Part shown: positions 10,266 through 19,422 of the stretch, in pieces
How the letters are laid out: each line of letters starts with the position of its first letter
Numbering within the stretch: position 1 is the first letter of the stretch
Source: a bacterium
GTDB lineage: Bacteria > Zhuqueibacterota > Zhuqueibacteria > Zhuqueibacterales > Geothermadaptataceae
Reading direction: 5' to 3'
Assembly: GCA_024275575.1 (NCBI GenBank)
Contig: JAJRYV010000130.1
Coordinates: 60,565-124,564, forward strand
DNA: 64,000 nt
Translations under genes and position numbers: made by a program
Notes under the pieces: model-generated
Seen by the model: only the letters and a program-made list of their open reading frames with translations
Database searches by the model: none
What the model was told of the DNA's origin: nothing

Positions 10266-11312
10266 ATGTTTAAACGAAAGTTTTTTGGATTTTTACTTTT
10301 AGGGGCGCTGTTACAGTGTTGCTTTTTGCGCCAGGTTTCCGCTCAGGAATATATGCTCGAGCCGAACGATCGGATCTCGATATCTTTTTGGCAACAGCCG
10401 GATTTGAATGCGGAAGTTAAAATTGACACTGACGGTCGCATCGAGATACCGGTAGCCGGGCGCATTACGGCAGCCGGACTCACCGTTTCCCAGCTTGGGA
10501 TCAAGATCGTCGAAAAAGTGAGTATTTACAATCGCAATGTCACCCAGGCGGTGGTCACGGTTCTCGAATACGGCAGTAAAAAGATATTTGTGACCGGAGC
10601 GGTACAGATGCCCGGGCCTTATACATTTGAATATATGCCTAATGTCTGGGAAGCTATTCTGCAAGCTGGTGGTCCGCTGGAAACCGCAAAGCTGGACCAG
10701 GTAACAATCGTCCGCGGCGGTAATACCAATGGCCAGCTCATCTCCGTCGATCTCAAAGCCTATTTCAATACATCGGATTTATCACGACTGCCCGAGCTGC
10801 GCCCTGGTGACAATATCAATGTTCCGGGTGCTGTCGGCGGTGTGGCCGGCGCTGGCGGTGCTGCGGGTGCCGGCGCTGGTGGCGGTGGCGGCAGCCTTTT
10901 TACAAAAAGCAGTGTTGTCTATATTTACGGTCAGGTCGTTGCACCCGGGGTCTACGAATTTGAAGAAGGCGCCGATGTGCTCGAAGCAATCGTGCGTGCC
11001 GGCGGGCCATTGCTCACCGTTCGTGCCAACGGCAACGGGCCAACTGTAGAACCCGACCTGGAGCATGTCAAATTGATCACCAGAGGCAGGGAAGGTACCG
11101 TTGTTTATGAAATCAATCTTGATAATTATTCCAATGAAGGCGTGCCGCACCCTCTGCCGATTAAAGCCGGAGACACTATCTATGTCCCGTTTAAGGAATC
11201 CTACAAGAAATTTACGATATCAACAGCCCTGGCCGCAGCGATTAATGGTTCGGTCTCCATTCTCATTACTTATTTTCTCTTGGAGAAAATCCTGAAAACG
11301 AACAATAACTAA
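10266..11312 (+). CDS. Outer-membrane polysaccharide export protein (OPX, Wza-like: Poly_export plus SLBB domains)
   Basis: The ATG at 10266 gives a signal peptide 'MFKRKFFGFLLLGALLQCCFLRQVSAQ'. The Poly_export motif is 'LEPNDRISISFWQQPDLNAEVKIDTDGRIEIPVAGRITAAGLTVSQL'. Two SLBB-like repeats are present ('IFVTGAVQMPGPYTF', 'VYIYGQVVAPGVYEF'), plus a C-terminal hydrophobic helix. Confidence 0.8.
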   Translation: MFKRKFFGFLLLGALLQCCFLRQVSAQEYMLEPNDRISISFWQQPDLNAEVKIDTDGRIEIPVAGRITAAGLTVSQLGIKIVEKVSIYNRNVTQAVVTVLEYGSKKIFVTGAVQMPGPYTFEYMPNVWEAILQAGGPLETAKLDQVTIVRGGNTNGQLISVDLKAYFNTSDLSRLPELRPGDNINVPGAVGGVAGAGGAAGAGAGGGGGSLFTKSSVVYIYGQVVAPGVYEFEEGADVLEAIVRAGGPLLTVRANGNGPTVEPDLEHVKLITRGREGTVVYEINLDNYSNEGVPHPLPIKAGDTIYVPFKESYKKFTISTALAAAINGSVSILITYFLLEKILKTNNN

Positions 11313-11378
11313 TCTTTTGAGAGCAGTTATCATTAACGGCAATTTTAACAATTGAATCTAAACAGCACAGGATAGATC

Positions 11379-12896
11379 ATGCAACAAGGCCCATCATTTG
11401 ATATTCGAACCATCTTTCAAATTGTACAGCGGAGAAAATGGTTTCTGATAGTTCCGATAGTTCTGGCAACGATTGTCTGTGTCGTGATCATCAAGATTAC
11501 CGTACCGGTTTATCACTCAACGGCAACCATTAAAATGGACAGGTTTCTCACGCTCACCGGCCGAATGAACCAGCTTGTGCCAGGGGTTACCGCACAAAAC
11601 CGGGTGCGCATGCGGGATAATAAAGAAGCGATCTTTAAGCAATTATCGAATCAGCAAACAATAGGCAAAATCATCGATCGCGTGGGTATGAAACCAAAGC
11701 AAGGTCAAATCGAGAAGGCCAATGAAATAGTCAAATCCAATCCGGCCCTGAGCAAGGAAGAAGCCTTGCGCTCGATCATGATTTCCCAGTTGACACAGAA
11801 GCTTACGCTGGAATTCGCTCAGCGCAGCGAATATTTTATTCTTGGAAGTAAATCCAGCCAACCTAAAAATGCCTATCTGATCACCAAGACGCTGGCTGAT
11901 TTATTTATCGAAGAAAACTTGATGACCGAGCTATCCCGACTTAAAGGCACCGCCGAATTCGCTACCGTACAGATGGAACACTATCGCGTGCAACTGCAAG
12001 ATGCGGAAGACGCCCTGCGCGCCTATCGTCGCTCGATGGCGCAGACTTCGACACAAAATTTGTCCGTCAACTCAGATAATCTGCCCCATGTGAACAGCCT
12101 CATTCAATCTTATGAAGCGGAAAAACTAAAACGCATCGATGAACTCAACAATGTAGAAACCCGTCTCGGCGATTTAAATTCTGATATCGTTATGTTTCAA
12201 TCCAACGAAGCGACACAATTAAAGGCGCAGCTCATCGAAAAAATTTCAAAGCAGGCAGAGCTGCTCATCAGTTTTCCATGGAATAACGGCGACGTTTTGC
12301 GCATCAGCAAGGAAATAGCCAACTTGAAAGACCGGCTGCGTAATGAAATCCGCCGCACCGGCCCACGCGATATGCAGAGCAAATACGGCCGCTCCGTCAT
12401 CTTATTAGCGATTAAACGCGAAACGATTGAAACTGAAATTTCCCTGCTCAACAAGCAGGTTAACACGCTGAACCGGTTGATCGATTTGTTCAACCGGGCT
12501 CGAACAACTATTCCGGTGCAAGAGTTGACGTTGAATAATTTGCAGGCGAAAGTTGAGAAAAACCGTCAACTTTATCAGACGTTTGTTGACCAGGCCAACA
12601 GCGCCCGCATTCGGGAAGCGTTGCAGCTGACGGAAATGAAAGTGCGCTACCGTGTTATCGATCCAGCACAAATTCCGGTTGAACCGATCAATACTGATTA
12701 TATGCAAATCATTCTCATCGCGACTTTAGCCGGTCTTGGTCTGGGTGTCGGACTCGTCTATTTGCTGGAACTGCTGGACAATTCTTATAAAGGTATCGAA
12801 GAAATCGAAACAGCTCTCGGTATCTCGGTACTGGGAATTGTCCCTAAAATGAACCTCGGCCCCGGCGCGGGTAAAAAGAAATCTCTGCCATTTTAA
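11379..12896 (+). CDS. Polysaccharide co-polymerase / chain-length determinant (Wzz/GumC-like PCP) without a kinase domain
   Basis: N-terminal Wzz motif with TM ('IFQIVQRRKWFLIVPIVLATIVCVVII'), a long coiled-coil periplasmic region, and a second TM near the C-terminus ('IILIATLAGLGLGVGLVYLLELL'). Confidence 0.8.
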   Translation: MQQGPSFDIRTIFQIVQRRKWFLIVPIVLATIVCVVIIKITVPVYHSTATIKMDRFLTLTGRMNQLVPGVTAQNRVRMRDNKEAIFKQLSNQQTIGKIIDRVGMKPKQGQIEKANEIVKSNPALSKEEALRSIMISQLTQKLTLEFAQRSEYFILGSKSSQPKNAYLITKTLADLFIEENLMTELSRLKGTAEFATVQMEHYRVQLQDAEDALRAYRRSMAQTSTQNLSVNSDNLPHVNSLIQSYEAEKLKRIDELNNVETRLGDLNSDIVMFQSNEATQLKAQLIEKISKQAELLISFPWNNGDVLRISKEIANLKDRLRNEIRRTGPRDMQSKYGRSVILLAIKRETIETEISLLNKQVNTLNRLIDLFNRARTTIPVQELTLNNLQAKVEKNRQLYQTFVDQANSARIREALQLTEMKVRYRVIDPAQIPVEPINTDYMQIILIATLAGLGLGVGLVYLLELLDNSYKGIEEIETALGISVLGIVPKMNLGPGAGKKKSLPF

Positions 12897-12976
12897 TAAC
12901 GGCAGGTATAAAATTAATGAAAAAGTGGCATTACAGGTTTTAACGTAATCCATTTTGATAGTGGCAAACAGTTAGC

Positions 12977-14134
12977 TTGAGAGGTAATGTTTTGAGTGAA
13001 GTGAATCGCTTAGTGTATTCGGTCGAGGTTACCGAAGATAAAATCCACATCATTCACCTCAAAGATGTCTTCGATCCCTCGACCGTGGAAGAGTTTGAAC
13101 ACGTGCTGGAATACTTGCTCAACAACGATCACTACAAAGTTGTGGTCAATCTGGCGCGAGTCGAATTTGTGAGTTCTGCCGGCTGGGGAACCTGCACTAG
13201 CGTGCTGAACCAGTGCCGCAACCATGGCGGCGATATCGTTCTCGTCGGCATGCAACCGGAGGTTTTTGACGTATTCATGCTGCTGGAGCTGGATACGTTT
13301 ATCGAAGCATTTCCCTGTGTTGATAACGGGTTGAAACATTTCCGTGCGAAATCTTTTGTTGTCAAACGCGCTAATGAAATCGTTGAAACCGAAAAGGTGC
13401 GTGGGAAAAAAGTCAAAAATGGCGCGGTGACAAGAGAACGGTTTCAACTGCCTGCCGATGATGAATTTGATGATGATGTTGATGAACCTTCACCCGATCA
13501 GGGGCAGGATGCCGGGAAAGCAAATCCCGAGACGAATTCGGAAATCTCGGGAAATAAAACAGAGCGGATTGATGATGCCCCCAAAAATGAACAAAGGCAA
13601 AATCTGACGCCGGAAGCGCCGACGGGTTTTGTCGGAGGTGGAATACAGCCACCCGATTCACAACAATTGCAAAATCCGGGTGCAAGGACGAGTGGAATCG
13701 ATTCAGGTTTGACAAATACACCACCAGCGGAAAACCCTGAAACCCCGATGCAGAAAAAAACACAACCGGGTGATCAGGCGAAAAAGTTTTTTGATACTGA
13801 TTTTTATTTCGGCCGACCGCTGGCGCCATCGAGCGGTCAGTTCGGAAACAGGCCCAAAAGCACCGATACACCGTTGCAAAACAAAACACAACATCGTTCA
13901 AATCAGTTTGGCACGCCGACGATTAACACGAGAGGCGATCAGCTGCTGGAACGTATCATTAATATTATTATCTCGAACCCGACTTACGGCCCGAGTACGA
14001 TCCGCCTGGCGCTCATCCGCAACGGTTATGCTGACCATTCTTTAACACGGTCGATGATTTTTAAAAAGTTGAGTGACGTCAATTTGAGCACACGCAATAA
14101 ACGTATCGAATTTTCACAGGCACACCGGCGTTGA
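12977..14134 (+). CDS. STAS-domain (anti-sigma-factor-antagonist-like) protein with a long disordered linker and a small C-terminal domain
   Basis: The N-terminal ~125 aa form a STAS fold: 'VVVNLARVEFVSSAGWGTCTSVLNQCRNHGGDIVLVGMQPEVFDVFMLLELDTFIEAF'. Residues ~130-320 are P/Q/N/T/D-rich low complexity. The last ~65 aa look globular. The start is uncertain (TTG 12977, or TTG 12992 after 'gagagg'). Confidence 0.75.
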   Translation: MRGNVLSEVNRLVYSVEVTEDKIHIIHLKDVFDPSTVEEFEHVLEYLLNNDHYKVVVNLARVEFVSSAGWGTCTSVLNQCRNHGGDIVLVGMQPEVFDVFMLLELDTFIEAFPCVDNGLKHFRAKSFVVKRANEIVETEKVRGKKVKNGAVTRERFQLPADDEFDDDVDEPSPDQGQDAGKANPETNSEISGNKTERIDDAPKNEQRQNLTPEAPTGFVGGGIQPPDSQQLQNPGARTSGIDSGLTNTPPAENPETPMQKKTQPGDQAKKFFDTDFYFGRPLAPSSGQFGNRPKSTDTPLQNKTQHRSNQFGTPTINTRGDQLLERIINIIISNPTYGPSTIRLALIRNGYADHSLTRSMIFKKLSDVNLSTRNKRIEFSQAHRR

Positions 14135-14214
14135 CCGGATGATGGTATCCTGATTTTAGCACGCAGGGAAAACAGTTTTTCAAGTAAACAGCAAGGTATG
14201 ACAACAGGTTAAAA

Positions 14215-15348
14215 ATGGGTAAAAACATGGGTGATTTTATATTCAACGATATTATTCGCGCCAATCAAAATAGCGAATACTTTCTCAAAACAGCAAACAG
14301 CGAATATGAGAACCGTATCGTATCATCGTTTTTTCGCAATGGTGAACTGATCGATACGCAGTTTAAGGATTATGATGAAAACGTCAAAGGCGAACGGCTC
14401 TTGCAGGAAACGCGCACATTTCACGATGAAAAACGGGCGGAGGTGCAGTCGTTGTTGAGCCTTTCCGAGAAAATGCGTGATACCGATCAGGTGGAAACCA
14501 AAAACCTGCTGGGTTTGGCATTTTTGCGTCGCGGCATGTATGAAGAAGCAGTGCAGGAGTTTGAAGAAGCGGCTGTTCTCGACAAGGATAATGCATTGAT
14601 TTATAATAACCTGGGGCGTTCATACCTGGGCGTCGATAAAATCACTGAAGCGACTAAAGTATTGCGTATGGCAATTAAATTACGTTCGCAATTTGCCGAC
14701 GTGCACAATAATCTTGGCCTCGCTTATTTGAAAAAAAATCAGTGCAAAAAAGCTGTCGATTGTTTTGACAAGGCTGTGGAAATTAATCAATATTACGCTG
14801 AGGCATTTTATAATCTTGGGCTGGCATATGTTTTAAATGCCTACAAACGGGAAGATTTCAACCTGTCAGTCAATTGTTATGTCAAGGTGATGGAATGCAT
14901 GGAGAAAGCCATCAAAATCAATCCGGCCTATCGCAACGAACATTTTGATCGGGCGGAAGCGATGTTGCGCAATAAAGAATTTGAGCAGGCTTATTCTGAA
15001 TTTGACAAAGGCAGACGCTATGTTGCACCGACCACCGATTTCCCGTTTATTCTCGATTTTTACCTGCGGGTTTTGCACGCTGAAAATAAACTGAAAAGCG
15101 GCATGGTTTTGCGCCACATCAAACAGCTTGAAAAGAATTTAAAAAAACACCCGAGTTATGCGGATTTATACAATCATCTCGGAGTGGCTTATGTTATTTT
15201 AAGCAAAATCATCAACAATAAAGCTTCACAACAATTCCACAAGGCGCTGGAAATCAACCCTGATTTTATTCGTGCCAAACGAAATCAGCGGCTTGCTGAA
15301 TATGATCAGAAGGGCATCCAATTGCTCTTCGACGCTATTTTGAAATAA
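14215..15348 (+). CDS. Tetratricopeptide-repeat protein
   Basis: Successive TPR units, e.g. 'LGLAFLRRGMYEEAVQEFEEAAVLDKDNALIYNNLGRSYL', 'HNNLGLAYLKKNQCKKAVDCFDKAVEINQYYAEAFYNLGLAY', 'YNHLGVAY...FHKALEINPDF'. Confidence 0.75.
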   Translation: MGKNMGDFIFNDIIRANQNSEYFLKTANSEYENRIVSSFFRNGELIDTQFKDYDENVKGERLLQETRTFHDEKRAEVQSLLSLSEKMRDTDQVETKNLLGLAFLRRGMYEEAVQEFEEAAVLDKDNALIYNNLGRSYLGVDKITEATKVLRMAIKLRSQFADVHNNLGLAYLKKNQCKKAVDCFDKAVEINQYYAEAFYNLGLAYVLNAYKREDFNLSVNCYVKVMECMEKAIKINPAYRNEHFDRAEAMLRNKEFEQAYSEFDKGRRYVAPTTDFPFILDFYLRVLHAENKLKSGMVLRHIKQLEKNLKKHPSYADLYNHLGVAYVILSKIINNKASQQFHKALEINPDFIRAKRNQRLAEYDQKGIQLLFDAILK

Positions 15349-15433
15349 TCTGTGTGGTTTTTGAAGGGATTCATAAACCCACAGGCTTTGCCGGTTGAAA
15401 CCGGCCTGAATAAACTTGCGTAGGGAAAATTTT

Positions 15434-16147
15434 ATGGAATTTGGTAGCACTATTCTCGATTATTTCAGGGACGAATCTGCTGAAGCAACAGAATTTCGGC
15501 GGTTGCACTCGAAAATGCTCAACCTGCACGGCGGCCAGGAATTCAAAAATGTTTTGATCACCAGCGCGACGATTAGCGAAGGAAAAAGCACCGCAGCGGC
15601 ATTGCTCGCTTGCACTGTCGCCCGCTATCGCGATACCAAAACAATCATCGTCGATTGCGATTTGCGCCGCCCGCGGGTGCACACGCTTTTCGGACTGCCG
15701 AAAGATGACGGTGTCGCCGATGTGCTCAGCGGTAAACGCAGCCTTGATGCCTGTTTCAAACCCAGTCCTATCGATAATCTGCAGGTGCTCACATCCGGCG
15801 GAGTGATCGATAATCCGACGGAATTGTTTAATTCACCGCGCATGAAAGACCTGTTTTCAGAAATTAAATTTTATTTTGACGCTGTCATCGTCGATACGCC
15901 ACCGATCATTCCGGTGACCGATTCACTGATTTTGAGCACGGAAATGGATGGCGCAATCATGGTTTTGAAAGCCGGCGAGACTAAAAAACAAATCGTCAAT
16001 CGCGCTGTGGAGTTAATGCGAAATTCGGGCTTGAATATATTAGGAGTAATCGTTAATAATATGAAAGGCGTTTTGCCCTATTATTACGATCACAGATATT
16101 ACGGTTATGACTACACCCCTGGTTCGACTGAAGAGAAGTTTTTCTGA
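15434..16147 (+). CDS. BY-kinase (CpsD/CapB-type tyrosine autokinase ATPase domain), stand-alone
   Basis: Walker A 'SATISEGKST', Walker A' 'IIVDCDLRRP', Walker B 'VIVDTPP', and a C-terminal tyrosine cluster 'LPYYYDHRYYGYDY'. The ATG at 15434 is preferred over the TTG at 15416. Confidence 0.85.
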   Translation: MEFGSTILDYFRDESAEATEFRRLHSKMLNLHGGQEFKNVLITSATISEGKSTAAALLACTVARYRDTKTIIVDCDLRRPRVHTLFGLPKDDGVADVLSGKRSLDACFKPSPIDNLQVLTSGGVIDNPTELFNSPRMKDLFSEIKFYFDAVIVDTPPIIPVTDSLILSTEMDGAIMVLKAGETKKQIVNRAVELMRNSGLNILGVIVNNMKGVLPYYYDHRYYGYDYTPGSTEEKFF

Positions 16148-16200
16148 TCGCAATTGTGTGACGTGGAGAGAATAGATCATTTTTAACGGGAGATTGTCGA

Positions 16201-17163
16201 ATGGCAATTTATTTAGTCACCGGAGGTGCCGGTTTTATTGGTTCAAATATTACACACAAAATTTTACAAAACGGGGATAGTGTCCGTGTGCTCGATAATC
16301 TGAGCACCGGCAGGGTAGAAAATATCGAAGATGCAAAAGGTGATATCGAATTTATCGAAGGCGATATTTGCAATGCCGAAACCGTCAATAAAGCTGCCAC
16401 TGGCGTAGATTATATTCTGCATCAGGCTGCTTTGCCCTCGGTTCAGCGCTCGGTAGAGAATCCCGCTGCCTCGAACTTTGTCAATGTTTCCGGCACGATG
16501 AATGTGCTGATTGCTGCACGGGATCAGAAAGTTAAGCGTTTCGTTATGGCCTCGAGCTCCTCGGTTTATGGCAATACCGCCACGCTCCCCAAAATCGAAC
16601 ATATGGCGCCATTGCCGATTTCGCCCTACGCGGTTTCGAAACTCGCTGCAGAAAAATATGCTATGAGTTTTCACTCTATTTATGGGGTGCCGACGGTCGC
16701 CTTCCGTTACTTTAATGTTTTCGGGCCGCGGCAGGACCCGAAATCACATTACGCAGCAGTCATTCCGCTTTTCATCAACGCGCTGCTAAAACGGGAGAGC
16801 CCCACCGTGCATGGCGATGGTGAACAGTCACGCGATTTTACCTTCATCGAAAATGTTGTTCATGGCAATTTGCTGGCCTGCGAAAGCGATACCGCTTCCG
16901 GTAATGCGATGAATCTCGCATGTGGTGACCGTATTTCCCTGAACGGCCTGCTGCAAAAGCTGGAAATTATTCTCGGCGTTAAAGCTAACGCCCAACATAT
17001 CGAAAGCCGCACCGGCGATGTCAAACATTCACAAGCAGACATCGGTCTGGCGAGAAAGCTGCTTCATTACGAGCCGCTGGTCACATTCGACGAAGGATTG
17101 GCAAAAACGGTCGCATACTACAGGAGTTTGTTGCAGCCTTCTGTCATTTCAGCGGTTGCATAA
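16201..17163 (+). CDS. NAD-dependent nucleotide-sugar epimerase (extended SDR, UDP-GlcNAc/UDP-Glc 4-epimerase-like)
   Basis: Rossmann motif 'VTGGAGFIGSN', catalytic 'YAVSKLAAE', and 'RYFNVFGPRQDP'. Confidence 0.85.
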   Translation: MAIYLVTGGAGFIGSNITHKILQNGDSVRVLDNLSTGRVENIEDAKGDIEFIEGDICNAETVNKAATGVDYILHQAALPSVQRSVENPAASNFVNVSGTMNVLIAARDQKVKRFVMASSSSVYGNTATLPKIEHMAPLPISPYAVSKLAAEKYAMSFHSIYGVPTVAFRYFNVFGPRQDPKSHYAAVIPLFINALLKRESPTVHGDGEQSRDFTFIENVVHGNLLACESDTASGNAMNLACGDRISLNGLLQKLEIILGVKANAQHIESRTGDVKHSQADIGLARKLLHYEPLVTFDEGLAKTVAYYRSLLQPSVISAVA

Positions 17164-17193
17164 AGTTTTCGGTATCTCGTTTAGGCCAATTCC

Positions 17194-17223
17194 GCCACAG
17201 GCTGAAGCCTGTGGCTGCTTTTT
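17194..17223 (+). terminator. Rho-independent terminator after the epimerase gene
   Basis: Stem gccacaggc (17194-17202) / gcctgtggc (17207-17215) with loop tgaa, followed by tgcttttt. A second perfect hairpin, gccggctgaaatttcagccggc, follows at 17241-17262. Confidence 0.55.
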
Positions 17224-17405
17224 AAAAACCTGCCTGTGAAGCCGGCTGAAATTTCAGCCGGCTCTATCAGAGGTGAATTGCGTTAGCCTGCCGGTTTAAC
17301 GGCTGGTTAAATAGTCACAGTTTTCGCGGTGCCTTGTCACGGATGACAAAATAAATTTCGCACGGATGTCACTTCTTCTCACATCACCGAACAGAATGAG
17401 CATCA

Positions 17406-18305
17406 ATGAGAGTTCGCAACGCAATAACGGTGGATGTTGAAGACTGGTTTCATGTCTCACTTTTCCGTCATCACATCCGACATTCTGATTGGGAAAAAAT
17501 GGAAAGCACGGTTGTTGAAAATACTGTGCGCATCATTAATTTATTTTCCCGCTATGATGTAAAAGCAACATTTTTCGTCCTCGGCTGGGTTGCCGAACGC
17601 TACCCGGAGCTGGTTATCGCGATGCAGGAAAAAGGCCATGAAGTCGCGAGCCATGGTTATGGCCATCAAATGGTTTTTGAGCAGACGCCGGATCAGTTTC
17701 AGGATGATGTGGGGCGCTCAATCGACCTCCTTGAAGGCATCACCGGCGAAAAAGTGCATGGCTACCGGGCGCCGAGTTATACCATCACGCGCGATACACT
17801 TTGGGCGCTGGAAAAATTGATCGAGCTGGGAATCGACTACGATTCCAGTATTTTCCCCGTCCGGCATGATGTTTACGGTGTCGCCGATGCGCCGCGTTTT
17901 CCTTTTAAAATCGAAATCACTGCCAAAGGCAGCATCGTCGAGTTTCCCATTTCGACGACGAAAATTCTCGGCAAAAATGTACCCATCGCCGGGGGGGGCT
18001 ATCTACGGCTCTGGCCGTACTGGTTTTTCAAACAGGGGATTCGCAAAGTCAACAGTGCCGGGGAACCGACGATCATCTATTTTCATCCCTGGGAAATCGA
18101 TCCGCTGATTCCACGCATCGATGTGGGCAATATGAAGCATCTTCGCCATTACGGCAACCTCGCTCTCATGGAAGAACGCATCATTTCTCTCCTGAAAAAT
18201 TTTCGTTTCACAACTGTTTGGCAGGTTTTGCAGGAAAGGAGAGAATTCCAGCAATGGCCGCAAACCAAACCCGAGTGGAATTCATACGCAAAAATGTTGC
18301 AATGA
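17406..18305 (+). CDS. Polysaccharide deacetylase (NodB fold) of the type found in PEP-CTERM/exosortase EPS loci (DUF3473-containing)
   Basis: N-terminus 'NAITVDVEDWFHV', 'KATFFVLGWVAERYPELV', 'GHEVASHGYGH', 'YRAPSY'. The C-terminal extension 'GGGYLRLWPYWF...IYFHPWEID' is typical of this subfamily (from memory of TIGR03006-type proteins). Confidence 0.8.
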   Translation: MRVRNAITVDVEDWFHVSLFRHHIRHSDWEKMESTVVENTVRIINLFSRYDVKATFFVLGWVAERYPELVIAMQEKGHEVASHGYGHQMVFEQTPDQFQDDVGRSIDLLEGITGEKVHGYRAPSYTITRDTLWALEKLIELGIDYDSSIFPVRHDVYGVADAPRFPFKIEITAKGSIVEFPISTTKILGKNVPIAGGGYLRLWPYWFFKQGIRKVNSAGEPTIIYFHPWEIDPLIPRIDVGNMKHLRHYGNLALMEERIISLLKNFRFTTVWQVLQERREFQQWPQTKPEWNSYAKMLQ

Positions 18306-18350
18306 GCCTATTACCTCAAAAATTATCACGTATTCACAAAAATTATTTCC

Positions 18351-19376
18351 ATGAAAATTGAACAGGCGAGCGTTTCGCAGAGCGCTGCGGCAGAATTTAT
18401 CCGCTCCACGACTGATGGGAAATTATACCATCTACCGAAAATTCAAACGCTTATCCGTAATACATTTGGCCACGAGACGATCTATTTGCAAGCGCGCGAT
18501 GCCGGTGAAGTTTGTGGTGTTTTACCGCTGGTTCATATGAAAAATCCGCTTTTCGGAAATTTCATCATCTCCGTGCCTTTTTTTAATTACGGTGGTATCT
18601 GCGCACAAAATGAGACAATCGCCGCATCCCTGCTCGAGCATGCTATCGCCGTAACAAAAAAACGTGAAGCCGGTTATCTCGAGCTGCGTCACATCGGTCG
18701 ACGCTTTGCGGATTTGCCGGGGAAAAGCCATAAAGTGGCGATGATTCTTGATTTGCCACAAACTTCCGAAGCGCTTTTTACCAGTTTTAAATCAAAGCTG
18801 CGCAGCCAAATCCGCAAACCCGAAAAAGAAGGCCTGACCGTGCGCATCGGCAAAATGGAGCTGCTCGCCGATTATTATACCGTTTTTAGTGTGAATATGC
18901 GCGACCTGGGAACGCCGGTTTATCCGTTGAAGTTATTCGTCAACATGCTGAAGTTTTTCCCGGAAGATAGCTGGATCATCACAGTTTACAAACAGGCTGT
19001 TCCGATAGCGGCGGGGTTCGTCGTCGGCTTTGGTGATACGATGGAAATCCCCTGGGCATCTTCCCTGCGTCAGTACAACCGTTTGGCCGGAAACATGCTC
19101 ATGTACTGGCATGCCCTGAAGCTGGCGATCGAACAAGGTTTTGACAAATTCGATTTCGGCCGTAGCACGCCGGACGAAGGAACTTATAAATTCAAAGCGC
19201 AATGGGGCGCACAACCGCTGCAACTGAACTGGGAATACTGGCTCGCAAATGGCGGCGAGTTGCCGGATTTGAGCCCGAAAAATGCTAAATATCAGGCTGC
19301 GATTAAAATTTGGCAAAAACTGCCGCTGCCGCTGACGAAAATTATTGGCCCGGCGATTGTAAAAAATATACCGTAA
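18351..19376 (+). CDS. FemAB-like / GNAT-fold acyl- or aminoacyl-transferase (the family associated with PEP-CTERM EPS loci)
   Basis: 341 aa. 'LRSQIRKPEKEGLTVRIG' and 'YNRLAGNMLMYWHALKLAIEQGFDKFDFGRS...GTYKFKAQWGAQP' match the FemAB/Acetyltransf_6-type duplicated GNAT fold. It lies directly after the DUF3473 deacetylase, as in those loci. Confidence 0.7.
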   Translation: MKIEQASVSQSAAAEFIRSTTDGKLYHLPKIQTLIRNTFGHETIYLQARDAGEVCGVLPLVHMKNPLFGNFIISVPFFNYGGICAQNETIAASLLEHAIAVTKKREAGYLELRHIGRRFADLPGKSHKVAMILDLPQTSEALFTSFKSKLRSQIRKPEKEGLTVRIGKMELLADYYTVFSVNMRDLGTPVYPLKLFVNMLKFFPEDSWIITVYKQAVPIAAGFVVGFGDTMEIPWASSLRQYNRLAGNMLMYWHALKLAIEQGFDKFDFGRSTPDEGTYKFKAQWGAQPLQLNWEYWLANGGELPDLSPKNAKYQAAIKIWQKLPLPLTKIIGPAIVKNIP

Positions 19377-19422
19377 GTTTCGATAAATTTTACATTTCGC
19401 AAGGGAACGAAGGATCGCTACT

